From: the human T2T-CHM13v2.0 reference genome, Homo sapiens
Strand: one strand, 5' to 3'
Assembly: GCF_009914755.1 (NCBI RefSeq)
Contig: NC_060926.1
DNA length: 64,000 nt
The notes beneath the pieces were generated by a model, which was given only the letters and a program-made list of their open reading frames with translations, did not search any database and was not told the origin of the DNA. A program made the position numbers and the translations under genes. The number at the start of each line of letters is the position of its first letter. The first letter of the stretch is position 1. Below, piece after piece: positions 29,601 to 47,629 of the stretch.

Positions 29601-30659
29601 TTTAACACAATACTAAATTTAGATAAGTATAGTAAATTCACAGGCCATTGAAAAGAAAGAAGGGGAAAAGTGTTCAGCCAGGAAAGCAAATAAGAGCTGC
29701 AATTTACAAAATGTTAAAATACTGCCATTAGTATTTTTTTTAAATGAAAGTTTGAAATGTTTGTAAATATGCCTCTTCAATTTGCCCAATACTTTTGAAT
29801 GCCACTTTTGGTTATCAACTGAATTCACTTTTTTTTCCATAAGTAGACCACCTACCTAAATAGTGTTCCTGAGAAATGTAAGAAAACTCAGCCCTAAAAC
29901 ATCATTCTATTGGCCATGCCACAGAACATGAAATTCACCTCATTCATCTAATTTTGGGTTAAGGCCTCGAAGGTCTCTCTTAAAATGTAAATGCTATGGC
30001 CCAATCTATAAATATTCATCTCAGTGCTCTCTGAAGGAGTAATATACTATTAATATATTATTAATCATTAGCAACTTAGCCCCAATTTATTAATCAGATT
30101 AATTTATGTCCCATGGTAGGGTCTTGGAGGAATGGAACATAGAGTGAGTAATTTTTAATGAATGACTAGAAGAAAGGATTTGAAGTCTGAGAGACATGTG
30201 CTGACTCTGGGGATCCCATTCAGAGGTACTAGGGGAAAAAAGAAAGAGGAGCAGAGAGAAAAGGAACAGAGGAAAAACAGCACAGTGTCAACAGCAACCC
30301 TGCCAACAATTCCTGTCCATAGCCACCATTTTCAGGAATAATATAAGCATTCTTTAAGGGACACACAGATCAGGTCCATCACTCAGTTATTCAGGTTGTT
30401 CCTGGACAACCTGTTTCAAGTAATGGCCAAATCCAGCCCAAGCTCCCTTTGTCAAGCTGCAAGTCCTGCGGGGGCCTGCAGCTGCCCAGAGCAATGCCTT
30501 CCTCTAATTCATGCAAAAGTTCTGCAAGGGCAGCCCTACACAAAAATCATTTTTAAGGCTTTTTCACCCAAGGAGGAAAAGGGCATGTTGACATTTTCTG
30601 GTTGCAAAATCCTCTTCCACTTTGGAGACTGTGACAAGAAATCTCATTGCCTTCCTCCT

Positions 30660-33020
30660 TGATATGGTTTGGCTGTGTCCCCACCCAAATCTGAGCTTGA
30701 TTTGTAGCTCTAATCCCCATGCATCATGGGAGGAACCCCATGGAAGGTAACTGAATCATGTTGGGGAGTTTTTCCCATGCTGTTCGTATGAGATCTGATG
30801 GTTTTATAAAGGGCAGTTCCCCTGCACATGCTCTCTTGCTTGCCACTATGTAAGACATGCCTTGGCTCCTCTTTGCCTTTTGCCATGATTGTGAGGCCTC
30901 CCCAGCCATGTGGGACTGAGTCCATTAAATGTTTTTTTCTTTATAAATTACCCAGTCTTGAATATGTCTTCATTAACAGCATGAGAACAGACTAATACAG
31001 TAAATTGGTACCAGGTAGTGGGGCACTGCTATAAAGATACCCAAAAATGTGGAAACAACTTTGGAACTGGGTAACAGCCAGAGGTTGGAACAGACTGGGG
31101 GGCTCAGAAGAAGACAGGAAAATGTAGGAAAGTTTAGAACTTCCTAGAGACTTGGAGAGCTCAGAAGACAGAAAGATGTGGGAAAGTCTGAAGCTTCCTA
31201 GAGACTTGTTGAATGGTTTTGACCAAAATGCTGATAGTGATATGGACAATAAAGTCCAGGCTGATGTGGTCTCAGATGGAGTTGAGGAACTTATTGGGAA
31301 CTGGAGCAAGGTGATTCTTGCTATCCTAATTTAGCAAAGAGACTGGCAGCATTTTGCCCCCGCCCTAGAGAACCATTAAACTTTGAACTTGAGGGAGATG
31401 ATTTAGGGTATCTGGCAGAAGAAATTTCTAAGCAGCAAAGCATTCAAGAAGTGACTTGGGTGCTCTTAAAAGCAATCAGTTTTTTTCATTCACAAAGATA
31501 TGGTTTGGAATTGGAACTTATTTTTAAAAGGGAAACAGAGCATAAAAGTTCAGAAAATGTGCAGCCTGACAATGCAATAGCAAAGAAAAGCCCATTTTCT
31601 GAGGAGAAATTTAAGCCTGATGCAGAAATTTTCATAAGTAATGAGGGGCCAGCTGTTAATTGCCAAGACAATGGGGAAAATGTCTCTAGGGCATGTCAGC
31701 AGCCCCTCCCATCACAAACCTAGAGGCCTAGGAGGAAAAAATGGTTTTGTGGGTCAGGCCAGGGGTCTTGCTGCTTTGTGCAGTTTCGGGACTTGGTTTT
31801 GTATCCTAGCTGTGGCTAAAAGGGGCCAACGTACAGCTTGGGACATTGCTTCAGAGGGTGCAAGCCCCAAGCCTTGCACTTTCCACATGGTGTTCAGGCT
31901 GCAGGTGCACAGAAGTCAAGAACTGAGGTTTGAGAACCTCCACCTAGATTTTAGAGGGTGTATGGAAATGCCTGGATGTCCAGGCAGAGGTGTGCTGCAG
32001 GGGTGAAGCCCTCTTGGAGAACCTCTGCTAGGGCAGTGCTGAAGGGAAATGTGGGGTGGGAGCCCCCACACAGAGTCCCCATGGGGCACTGCCTAGTAGA
32101 GCTATGAGAAGAGGGCCACCATCTTCCAGACCCCAGAATGGTAGATCTACCAACAGCTTGCTCCATGTGCCTGGAAAAGCCAGAGATACTCAATGGCCAG
32201 CCCATGAAAGCAGCCAGGTGTGGGGCTGTACCTTGCAAAGCCACAGTGGCAGAGCTGTCCAAGACCACAGGAACCCACCTCTTACATCTGTGTGACCTGG
32301 ATATGAGACATGAAGTCAAAGGAGATCATTTCAGACCTTTAAGATTTGACTTCCCCGCTGGGTTTAGGACTGACTGTCATGGGGTCTATAGACCCTTCAT
32401 TTTGGCCAATTTATCCCATTTGGAATGGGAATATTTACCCAATGTCTGTACCCTCATTATATCTAGGAAATAACTAATTTGCTTTTGATTTTACAGGCTC
32501 ATAGGTGGAAGGGATTTGCCTAGTCTCAGATGAGACTTTGAACTATGGACCTTTGAGTTAATGCTGAAATGAGTTAGGACTTTGGGGGACTTTGGGGAAG
32601 GCTTAATTGGTTTTGAAATATGAGAACATGAGATTTGGGAGGTGCCAGGGGTGGAATGATATGGTTTGGCTGTGTCCCCACCCCAATCTCAGCTTGAATT
32701 GCAGCTGCCATAATCCCCACATGCCATGGGAGGGACTCAGTGGGAGGTAATTGAATCATGGTGGTGGGTTTTTCTCCTTCTGTTCTCATGATAGTGAAGA
32801 AGTCTCATGAGATCTGATGGTTTTATAGAGGGTAGTTGTCCTGCACATGCTCTCTTGCCTGCCACCATGTAAGATGTGCCTTTGCTCCTCCTTCACCTTC
32901 CACCAAGTTTGTGAGGCCTCCCCAGCCATGTGGAATTGTGAGTCCATTAAACATCTTTTTCTTTATAAATTACCCAGTCTTGGATATTTCTTCATAGCAG
33001 TATGAAAATGGACTAATACA
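30660..33020 (+). mobile_element. Full-length THE1 (MaLR): 5' LTR 30660-30999, internal 31000-32656, 3' LTR 32657-33020
   Basis: Both LTRs run tgatatggtttggctgtgtcccc...gactaataca; internal region starts gtaaattggtacc; polypurine tract precedes the 3' LTR. Confidence 0.95.
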
Positions 33021-35049
33021 CATCTTAACCATATATCCAGGCTACCATCACCCCATCACCCTCTTGGTACTCAGGCCTGTTTTGAAGGTAGCAGAATGCA
33101 GAGGACAGGAGGCTCTCTAGCTGAGGAAAGAGCTTTAAAGCAGTCATCAAATTATCTCCAATGACGGAGCTACTGGTACACACTGTACTGATAATTTTTG
33201 TGCATCTTGATATATTGTTTAGGGTGGTTAAAAGTAAAGGACAATGTAAGAAAGAATCTGGCTGGAATACTACTCAATAAAAAAATCAAAACTAAAACAT
33301 CATTGTCCCCTCCCTTTTCTGCTAAGTTACTTATTGCAAGAAAGGCTAGAGTCAAAGTTAGGGAAATTAAAATAAGGTACTTCTTCCTGTTGCTTTCAGG
33401 ATGGTGTTAACTGCTTCTGGCATATTTTGACCAGGAGAAAGTAGTAAATTAGCACATTTTTCTCTTTAGGGCAGTGTGGATATATTAGTTCCTCCTATCA
33501 TTTCACTAACACAGAGGCTCAGAGAAAATCCCACCGGGCCTTAGAGAACATTACCTGGGGATGATAACCAGCAAATGCTTGTTTTGGTTTTTCCCAACCT
33601 CTTTTCTGCAGCTTTTCTCTGGCTAATAGTTGAAGCTGAGACTTAGTTTAGGTCAGTGGTTATCTGGTGTCCTCCCAAGATTACTGCCACCCCCAAAGAG
33701 CACCATGCACTTGTAGTAAGCCCAGATGAGAGCCCAATTTCCTCTTGGCTAAGCTTCAGAGGAAGCTTAGCAACCTTGACAAGCACTTATCTCCTTGGTT
33801 TTTTCTTCCAGTTTTCCCAAAGACATAACACAGGTGTTAAATATAGATAAGGCAGCCACATAGGGGACTTTAACTTGAGGCACCATCTGCTCTTAGCTCT
33901 GCCTCCCAAAGTCTGCTGCTGCCCAAAATGTTTGATTTGGATGAAGGTATCATGTCTTCAGAGGGTCTGATGCAAGCATGTTACTTTAGAGGAACAGCAC
34001 ACTGTTAGCCCTTCCTTCAATCATTCAACAAATACTTATGGACTACCCACTCTACCGAAACAGGTTCTCTCTGCCAAGCCTGAGGAATTAGTGCTAGGCA
34101 AAATAGAGACATGGAGTTTCCTGTCTAGTCTGCCATTCTTGCCTAACCAACTCTTCATCTTTGGTTTTTATCACCCCCCTGGGAAGTCTTCCATGAGCCC
34201 TACCTCTGGCTTGAGGACTCCTCTTCTATTCTCCTGTAACATTCAGTACATAAGCCATGGCACTTAGCACTCAAAAGGAACTCCGAGTTCCCAGGATTTC
34301 AAAGGAGGACAAAGATTAGTTTACCCATCTCAAAATCTCCTGTCATTTTCATTTCAGTTGTAAAAGATCACATAAAATAACTCTCAAAACATCATTGTTA
34401 AGCACTACTCAAAGGAGAGAAAAATTGATATGCAGTGCACAAAATCTGGAAAAATAAAGTCTATACTGCTCATAATGGTAAATGTGGTTGTGGGTCATGA
34501 ATCTGATCTAAATCACCAAAATCCATAAAGACAGTGATAACTTGCTCATAAAACACCTCTTGCGAGACTTTCCATAGGAAACCTTAGAAGGTAATGAAAC
34601 AGCAGCTAATTAACTCTGGTAAAGCCTTGATAGGTTCTGCTTTATTATCTTAATTAGGAATATCATGAACACTGTCCTCACAGCACAGACACAGTTGTCT
34701 TCTTCACCCAGCTTTCTGCTCCCGACAGGCAAAGACCTAGAGCTCTTCCTGCCACCAGACTTTAATAGCCCAGATTTTGTCTTTGAGTTTTACAATGTAC
34801 CTTCTTACAACTTCCTGCCTGTTCCTGGGCCACCAATAGAATGATTTTGGTAAGCAGGTCCTATCATTGAGAATTAAGAATGTGAAGGGGCCAAGTCCCA
34901 TGTTCAAAATTTTAAATTAAAACCAGACCTAACAATCATAGTGAAAAATGTAAAACCAAAGTGAAACTAATGTAGAGGGGGGAAGAATTATCAAACAGAC
35001 TAAGAAAACCTTTTCATGTTTAGTTTCTCTCATAAAATATAGAGTTTTA

Positions 35050-36069
<1,020 letters not shown>

Positions 36070-37299
36070 CAGAAAGCCTTTTATACTCTTTCTGTTCTTT
36101 GCATTAAAAAAACAAAACAACAACAACAAAAAACCTGATGGACTTGGCCCATGTTCCCAGGTTTCCCAGACCCATTAGCCATTCTGTATTATCTTGGCAT
36201 TTATTATCATCTTGAGCTCATGACAAAAGTAGAGAGGCAAATATTCAACATGGCAAAACACTTGCTAAGTAATGACAAATACCATTTGCATATCTCCAAA
36301 TGGAGCTAATTTTGACAAGATAAAATAACTGAGTATGTAGGCTTCATAATGACCCACTTGATTTCACAAAATATTACAAAGGAAGGTCGATAAATTCACC
36401 AATTACTAACAAAAATATATTATATTCAACTCATGGAGAGAATTTTTTTTAAAAAAGATTAAAGAAACAAACAAACAAAAACATATTAAGAGTCATTATA
36501 GCCAGTGTAAAGTTAGCAGGTGAATCTATGTAAACTTTGCTTTCTCTGGATTTTCCCCTTATCTCCTTTTCAATACTTATTCTGTTGACAGTATCTTTTA
36601 ATGCCTAAGAACTGCTTTAATAATCTTGAAACAGGAAAAATAACTAGCATATACTTGTAACAAAAGGTGTGTAGACATTGATGCTATAATTATACATCAT
36701 AATAAAGAATATAATTCAATGTCCTAGAAGACAGCTTGCCTGAAAACATGTAGGAGATGATTTGGGACATCTTCAGGGACATAGCAATTTGGTAGTTGGA
36801 AAATAATTTAGGCAGCAAGCAATGTGGTCTGCTTACCCAAACCACAGAGCAAATGTAATTAAAAGGGGGAATGGAAAATATTGTGGGTTGGACTAAAAAC
36901 AATTGGTTAGGAACTAGGAACTTTTTCTGACTATAATCTTCTCTTGTTACAAATGTAAGCATAGGGAAGCATTGATGCAAAGAACACGATCCGTCCAAAC
37001 CCTTCCTTTTAACCACCTGGTATGCAGACAAATAATAAGAAAGACAGAGGTAAGTCTAGAACATAAGGCTGGTACATTTAGGTTCCTTTTTAAGAAAACG
37101 TCATACTAGATTCTGTGATTTAACATGCAAGAAAAAGAAGAAAACTAAAGACTTTTGAGGTTAACATTAAAAAAGAAAGAATAGTGTCAAACAAAACACA
37201 ATACTCCTCTTCCTTTTCTGCTACCATTGGGTTGCTGGAAAAATAGCAGAGGAGATATATGGTAGAGTGCTAGAGAAAGCCTCATACCCTCTAGTTTAA

Positions 37300-37659
<360 letters not shown>

Positions 37660-37934
37660 CCTGTACTATAATTTATTCTACTAGGAATTTCTTTCTTCCT
37701 AAAGTTCAAAATGTACCTAACACTTACCAGTTAACACAAGAATATAATCCCAAGGTCTTGAAAAAAATAATAATTAGGTCAGCATAACAAGTAATACTTG
37801 TTTGTATTTTACTGTCTACCACCACCACTGCTGTACTCAAAACTGGGGGAATCAGTTATCTTTCTTTTTTTAAGGTCAGGCTCCCCAAGAGGAGGTAAGT
37901 GAGGTGGAAAGTATATAAGAACCAAGGGGGCCCT

Positions 37935-38062
37935 GGCTACCCAGGTGCAGTGGTGTGCACCTACAGTCCTAGCTTGAGCTCAGGAGTTCGAGGCTGCAGT
38001 GAGCTTTAATCACACCACTGCACTCCAGCCTGGCCAACAGAGCGAAGGCCCATCTCAAAAAG
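37935..38062 (+). mobile_element. FRAM / AluJ right monomer with internal deletion
   Basis: caggagttcgaggctgcagtgagc...actgcactccagcctgg; flanked by ggccctgg. Confidence 0.7.
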
Positions 38063-38470
38063 GCCCTGGTTGCCTACATGCAAGTCAGGAGCAAGTGGGA
38101 TACTGAGCTGATTGTGCATATGTGCAGAATGGTTCTTTGCTTTGAGCTCAGGTTGACTATTGCAACCAATTCATGTTTCTCATGTTTCTTCTGGGATGGG
38201 AACTGAGAATAGATCCACTGTCTATCCTACTGGGGGCCCTTTCTGCTCTACGAGGCATAGTTTGTCTTCCCAATGGACATTTTGCTAGGTAGGGCTACCC
38301 CTCTCCTGGTGCACCAAAGGTGCACTAGAAGCAGTTGAGGCAGAAGGAATAGGATGAAGCGTCAACGTAGCCATCAGGCATAGTAGGTGCAGTGCCTAGG
38401 CTCACAACACATTTAGGGGTCCATGAACATGTTTTTAATTTCTTTTAAGATCAGGAGAATAATGAATCCA

Positions 38471-39588
38471 GCAATCCCATTCCTAGGTATATACCCAAAA
38501 GAATTGAAAACAGGCATTCAAACAAGCATTTGTACACAAATGTTCACAGCAGCACTGTATTAGTCTGTTCTCATGCTGCTGATAAAGACATACCCGAGAC
38601 TGGGTAATTTATAAAGGACAGAGGTTTAATTGACTCACAGTTCCACATGGCTGGGGAGGCCTCACAATGAAAGTGGAAGATGAAGGAAAAACAAAGGGAC
38701 ATCTTACGTGGTGGTTGGCCAAAAAAAAAAAGAGAGAGCTTTTACAGGGGAGCTCGTGAGATGTATTCAGTACCATGAGAACAGCACAGGAAAGACCCAC
38801 CCCCATGATTCAATTACCTCCCACAGAGTCCTACCCACAACATGTGGGAATTATGGGAGTTACAATTCAAGATGAGATTTGGGTGGAGACATAACCAAAC
38901 CATATCAGCACTATTCATAATAGCAAAAAGGTGGGAAAAAAAACACAAATGTCCATCATTGATGAGTGGATAAACAAAATGTGGTAAATACATACAATGG
39001 AATATTATTCAACCATAAGAAGGAATGAATTACTAGTACATGTTACAATGTGGATGAACCTTGAAAACATTACACTAAGATTCCAGACACAAAAGGCTAC
39101 ATATTGTATGATTCTATTTATATGAAACATCTAGAACAAGTAAATCCATAGAGACAGAAGACAGATTAATGGTTCTGAGGGGCTGGGAGGAGGGGCTTAT
39201 GGGGACATGTCTGCTTAATTGGCACAGGATTTTCTTTGAGGTAGTTTTGGAAGTAGGTAGAGATAGTGATTGCACAATATTGTCAGTGTATGAAATGCCA
39301 CTCAATTGTACGCTTTAAGATGGTTAGTGTACAGCATGGTGACTATGGTTAATAACAATGTATTGTATACTTGAAAATTTCTAAGAGAGTAGATTTTAAG
39401 TGTTCTTGACACATAATAAATAAGCATGTGAAGTAATGCATATGTTCATTGGCGTGATTTAGCCATTACACAATGTATAAGTATACATTTCAAAATATGC
39501 TATATATCATAAGTATGTAAAATTTTTGTCAATTAAAATTTTTTAATGCTAATGGCTCATTTGTTTATGTACATTTATCTCAATAAAA
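38471..39588 (+). mobile_element. L1MB 3' end containing a THE1 LTR and an L1MA fragment (~39328-39540)
   Basis: cagcaatcccattcctaggtatatacccaaaagaattgaaaacagg; TSD aatgaatcca at 38461-38470 and 39589-39598. Confidence 0.85.
38556..38907 (-). mobile_element. THE1-type solo LTR
   Basis: tgtattagtctgttctcatgctgct...ccaaaccatatca; flanked by gcac on both sides. Confidence 0.9.
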
Positions 39589-39859
39589 AATGAATCCAAC
39601 CTAGATTATATTCATCTTTGTACCAATATAGTCATAATTTTAAAAATATATTTATGAAGGAGTCTATAAGGCAAAAGTGCCTAGGACCTATGAAAGTCAT
39701 AATGCAGCCCTAACCAAGTGCACAGGATGCAGAGACAAGTGGAAGGAACCTGAGCCATCTGAGTGAGAAAGGGTAGTTGGTCAGAGCACAGCGAGTAAGG
39801 GACAGGCTCATGTGTGCGGAGGCTGGGGAAGCCGGCAGAGGCCCAGCCAGGCATGGCAA

Positions 39860-40810
39860 AGCCTCGGGATGCTAGGTGAAGTGCCAATAAAGAGTTTTAA
39901 GGAGACTGACATTTTCAAAGATCACTCTGGGCTGCTGATTGGAGTGTGGACTAGTCAGAGTCAGGAAGAGTGGTTACGAGGAGCCCAGATTCCAGGATAC
40001 TGCTGTAATCCAAGCAAAAAATGATGGCTGTTGCTCGGATGCTGGTAGAGGAGATGTAGAGAGATGCATGGCTTTGAGACACTTGGACAATCAACAAGAT
40101 CAATATGGGGAATGGGAAGGAGAGGGTGTCAACGTTAACCTTCCCCTTTCTGGCATGAGCATCGAGAAGCATATGACGTTATTCATTGAGATAAATACTG
40201 AAGGTCCAGGTTTAGGAGTAGACATTCAGAAACTGAATTCTGAACACATAAAGTTTGAGGTACCTGTGAAAGTTCCAAAACAGGGGCCAAATAGGTAATT
40301 CAATATTTTACCTGCAACTCAGTTGAGGAGTGGAGTGAAGATGGAAAACTTGGGAGTTGCCCACGTCTGCAGTAAAAGGAAATCCCAAGAACAAATGAGA
40401 TCATCCAGTAAAAGAGTGCGGATTGAGAAGAGAAATCAGCTCAGGATCAAGCCTGGGAAAAATTCGACATTTAACTGCCAGGTACAAGAAGAAAAGCTAG
40501 CAAAGGAGAGAGAGAAGCGGAAAGAGGAAGAAGGAAACAGCTGGGCCATGGGTAGATATTAGGAAAGAATCTACTTCAACAAATGGAGAACAGCCAACTG
40601 ATGTGAACACTGAGGTCAGGCAGTATGTGAATGTTTCAATGTTACATGCGTTAGTGACAGGGAGGTCACTGTTGACCTTTTCAAGACCATCTTTAGTGAA
40701 GTGAAGGAACAGAAACCAGATGGGAGTTATTTGAGAGGAGAGCAGGGGAAAAGGAAGTGAAAAGTGTGTGGGCAACTCTTTCAAGAACCTGATTGTGAGT
40801 GAGGAGTAGG
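39860..40810 (-). mobile_element. LINE-2
   Basis: aagatcactctgggctgc; taagtttgaggtacctgtga; ggaggtcactgttgacctt. Confidence 0.75.
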
Positions 40811-41604
40811 TGACAATGAGACAAGGCGAACCCAGACTTCACTCACCTAGCTGCCTGCCCATGGGGCAATAGGGAAACTAAGACAGAAGTAACTGCCAAA
40901 AGCAAAGGAGTTAGCAACCCGGTGCTGCTAATTCTTAGAGGTCAATGACGAGCAAGGCCTAGGTCCTTCTGCAGCTGGTTGCCTGACAGTCTAGCAAGTT
41001 GATAGAACCCATGCCGTGACCCTGTTAATTTTATGACTGTTTGCAAAGGGACAGTTTTCTCTGCCCTTGTAGAGCAAAACCAGGGAGGAATTTAAGTTTG
41101 CAGCTTGCTCCCCACCAGATCTCACAGTTGTGATGGGATAAAGTCCTCAAGAACAAAGAAGCTGCGATCACACTGAGTCAGAGTCCAAAAAGCCACCTTC
41201 AAATAATGTTAAGACTGTATACCACCTTTGGTTGTTCTTTAAGTACAGAGTGTTAAAAGAGGTCGCTCAGCACTGGCGCTGCAGGCTGAGTCCGGCCCCA
41301 TGATGCTCCCGCACATTCTAGGACACCTTCTTTCTCCACAGCCATAGCTGTTAACGGCTAACTTCTTTCCTCCGAGCCTTTGCCCTCTGTGTCCTAAGTT
41401 TAAATTCTAGGACATGAGAAATATCTCAAAAAACTGTCCCTTTATCCTTTGCCAATTGAAAAAGAAACCAGCCCAGCAGAGAGGAGACTAGGTAACACAA
41501 GACCTTGGTTCCGGATGGTGTTCACACCTACTGTCGCTTTTGCTGTGCGTCATCAGTCACATAATGACTTATAGGGCAGAATATTGCTTTAAAAAGTTGG
41601 TTTT

Positions 41605-42021
<417 letters not shown>

Positions 42022-42769
42022 TTAGTTTTTTGCTGCCCTGAATTTGGCTTATCAAGTGAGCCTCAAGTTTAACACTAGAGCCTGAGCAAGTAAGGCCCTA
42101 TGTTCTTTCTTTGAAAGTCATAAAAGGTTTATTAGGTCCCCTCATGAATCTAAACGTGCCAAGTAGACAAGGCCTATACGCAGGCTCTCCCAGGCTTGGG
42201 GCACAGTGCTCCAGATGTCACATCTGTGGATATTTAGCAGAGTTATACTGTAGCTCTTAGAGGATCATGTTTAAGGAAAAACAAAAAACAAAAAAGTAGC
42301 CCTTCCCTAACATTGAAATAAAGGGAATATGTTCTTATAATGAAAAAAGTACAGGAAACTAGTGAAACCAAATGGATTTTTTTTTAAGTCAGGAAGGTGA
42401 TTATAGTCAGAATGTTATCAGCTTCTCTTACTATAACCTTCAGGGTAGAAATTATGAAATGATAATTTCATCCTGAATATCGGGTATATAACATGCACTC
42501 AAATGTTTGTTGAAGAAATAAATGCCATCAATCCTGTTTTAGGTTATATGAAGACAGCTGTGATACTTGAGATAATCACACAGGATTTGAAGTCAGAAAG
42601 TCTGGAGTACATATTCTGACATCTACTAGCTGTGTGTTTTGGAGTGATACTCTGGCCCACTCAGCTTTAACTAGAAATGGAGATAATGCCTATTCCACCT
42701 ATCTTACCATGTTATAAGAACTGAATAATGTTATAGTTACATGTGAGAAAGAAAAGTAAATAGTAGTCA

Positions 42770-45372
<2,603 letters not shown>

Positions 45373-45529
45373 GGCACAATACGAATACTAGCAGTTTCGT
45401 TAATAAATGTTGGCTGACAATTAGGTGGATCAAGGTGACTTAACAAGGTGAATTAACTCATTAATACAACAATAGTTGAAGACAACTATTTTCAAGTGTA
45501 GGAAGACTACTGATTCTTCCAGTGCTTAC

Positions 45530-45780
45530 ATTTACTAATACATAATATAATATGTGCCAGGCATTATGGAAAGTGGTTTACATGCATTAACTTATTTATC
45601 TCCATAATCACTCTATGAAGATGACGCTAGCATCATTCTCATTTTATAGTTAGAGAACAGGCTAAGAGTGGAAAGGTAAAGAGTGAAAGGTCACATAGGT
45701 GGTAAGCAGCAGAACTGGGAGACAAGCAAGCCCATGTGTGTCTAAGTCCCAAACCTATGCACTTAATCACTATATTATGC
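45530..45780 (-). mobile_element. MIR
   Basis: tatgtgccaggcatt...ctcattttatag...aaggtcacatagg. Confidence 0.7.
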
Positions 45781-46262
45781 TATGAAAGGTTTCAACTTTA
45801 CTAAATGAATAAAGATGGAAAAAAACACACAGAGTTACTAGGAGTAGAATTGAGAAAAATGCAATTAACACAACTTAAGAATTTTTAAAGGATCAGGGTG
45901 TGAGGAGGACTAAGTAATTGGGTATACATAATTAAAAGAAAGACCCAAACCTATTCTGAGTCCTAACACACAATGAAAATATACGTGACTTGGTGTGACA
46001 TAGAAACACAGGCTAATGCTGGCAGAAAGTCAGTATTCCACAAGACCAACCACAGATAAAGATACAGCCATCTGTTAAGAGGGCGTCCTGAAACTGTAGA
46101 GGGACTTCTAAGGCTTTTAATCAGTTTTCTTGGACACATTCTACCAGTCTTTCAAGGCCCACCCTTTCTGATTCATCCAAGCTATATACTAAGTTCTGCC
46201 TTGTCTAAACCTGACTCACTTGGCAGGCAATAAACGTGACTTTTTGTTGGTATTTCCTAGGA

Positions 46263-46638
46263 CGGCGGTCCCCAAACTTTTTGGCACCAGGGACTAGTTT
46301 TGAGGAAGACAATTTTTTCATGGATGGGGGTCGGGGGGTGGGGATGGTTGTAGGATGAAACTGCTCTACCTCAGATCATCAGACATTAGATTCTCTTAAG
46401 GAGGGCACTACCTAGATCCCTCGCATGCGGGGTTCACAACGGGGTTCGCACTCCTATGAGAATCTAATGTTGTGGCTCATCTGACAGGAGGCAGAGCTCA
46501 GGCAGGAATGCTCGCTTACCTCCTGCTGTATGGCCTGGTTCCTCACAGACCAGGGACCAGGACCAGTCTGTGGCCCAGGTGGTTCCTCACAGACCAGGGA
46601 CCAGTACCGGTCTGTGGCCCAGGGGTTGGGGACCCTTT
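46263..46638. mobile_element. MER1B hAT-Charlie element with a 44-bp internal tandem duplication
   Basis: TIRs cggcggtccccaa...ggttggggaccc; internal ttttggcaccagggac, cctagatccctcgcatgcg. Confidence 0.85.
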
Positions 46639-46698
46639 TCTATAGGATCAAGTCATCAACTCTATGGTGTTTTACGAGAGAATATACTGTACCTCAGT

Positions 46699-47110
46699 TG
46701 TCTTAGTTGGCATTATTTGGTAGCAAGTAACAGCCTTCTGACTTAAGAAAAAACTAAGTTGGGGAGTCTCTCTGTAAGGTTTTAAGGCTATCTTGTGGAA
46801 CCCCAGGAGGATGAAATGCAGATAGTGAAATGCAAGACACTGGAACAAACACTGCCAAGTTATCAGGAATCAAGAAAGCCATTTTCTTTTTCTTCTGGGG
46901 TTGAATGTCATCTTTGCTTTCTCTGCCTCCCATGTATGTTCCAGATGTGATCTCCCAAGACATCAGTTTTCCAATTCCAAATTCTCAGGAGAAATCATCT
47001 AATTGGCTCAACTTTGACCAGATGTCCACTCCTTGTCTGATTTCTGAACAGCTCCTCACGGAAGGTGGCAGAAAGTAATGCTCAGAGAAGGGATGTAAGT
47101 CGGACAGATA
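46699..47110. mobile_element. Old MaLR LTR (MLT1K/L-like)
   Basis: tgtcttagtt...tggtagcaagtaacag; aatcatctaattggctcaactttgaccagatgtccac. Confidence 0.5.
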
Positions 47111-47629
47111 TCCTAAAAGGTCACTAAGCCAATACTTCCTGTATTTCGTTGTTGTCGATTAATCGGAGGCTTAGACTTTTTTTTGTGGGGGAAGGATGGA
47201 GGGGAGAAATAACTGCATTTCTCTGATGGCCTTTCCTAATCTTAAAAACCACTTCAGTGCTAGACTTTATCTTTCAGTCGCAATGAACCTGAAGATTCTT
47301 CGGCTGGTTTTTAGAAATGTTCAAATAGGATAGACTCTTACACAGGGGTGTAATTTCCTCAAGAAAATACACATTTAGGTGCTTCAGTCTTTTCTTCTTA
47401 TTCCATCCTTTTCTGATAGGGCAGTCACTTCAGACACTTCATCCACTATCACTTTAGGTTCCAACTGTTCTTTTCACATTTTTGCATTAGAAATAAGACT
47501 TCTTCTCATTTTGGAAAAATCAATGTATGAACCATAGTCAAACAATGAAAATTCTAAAACACTTCACTACAGAAAAATGGAATCTCCAGAGTTAAGGGGG
47601 GAGGAAGGCATTGGAAGGAGGTTACCATT

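Noticed and set aside
31100-31207. ~53-bp tandem duplication in the THE1 internal region
   Set aside because: I recall this duplication in other THE1 internal copies, so it is probably a subfamily trait rather than a local novelty; not verified.
31152-32473. Several ORFs in the THE1 internal region
   Set aside because: Fragments of the decayed MaLR internal ORF, broken by stops and frameshifts.
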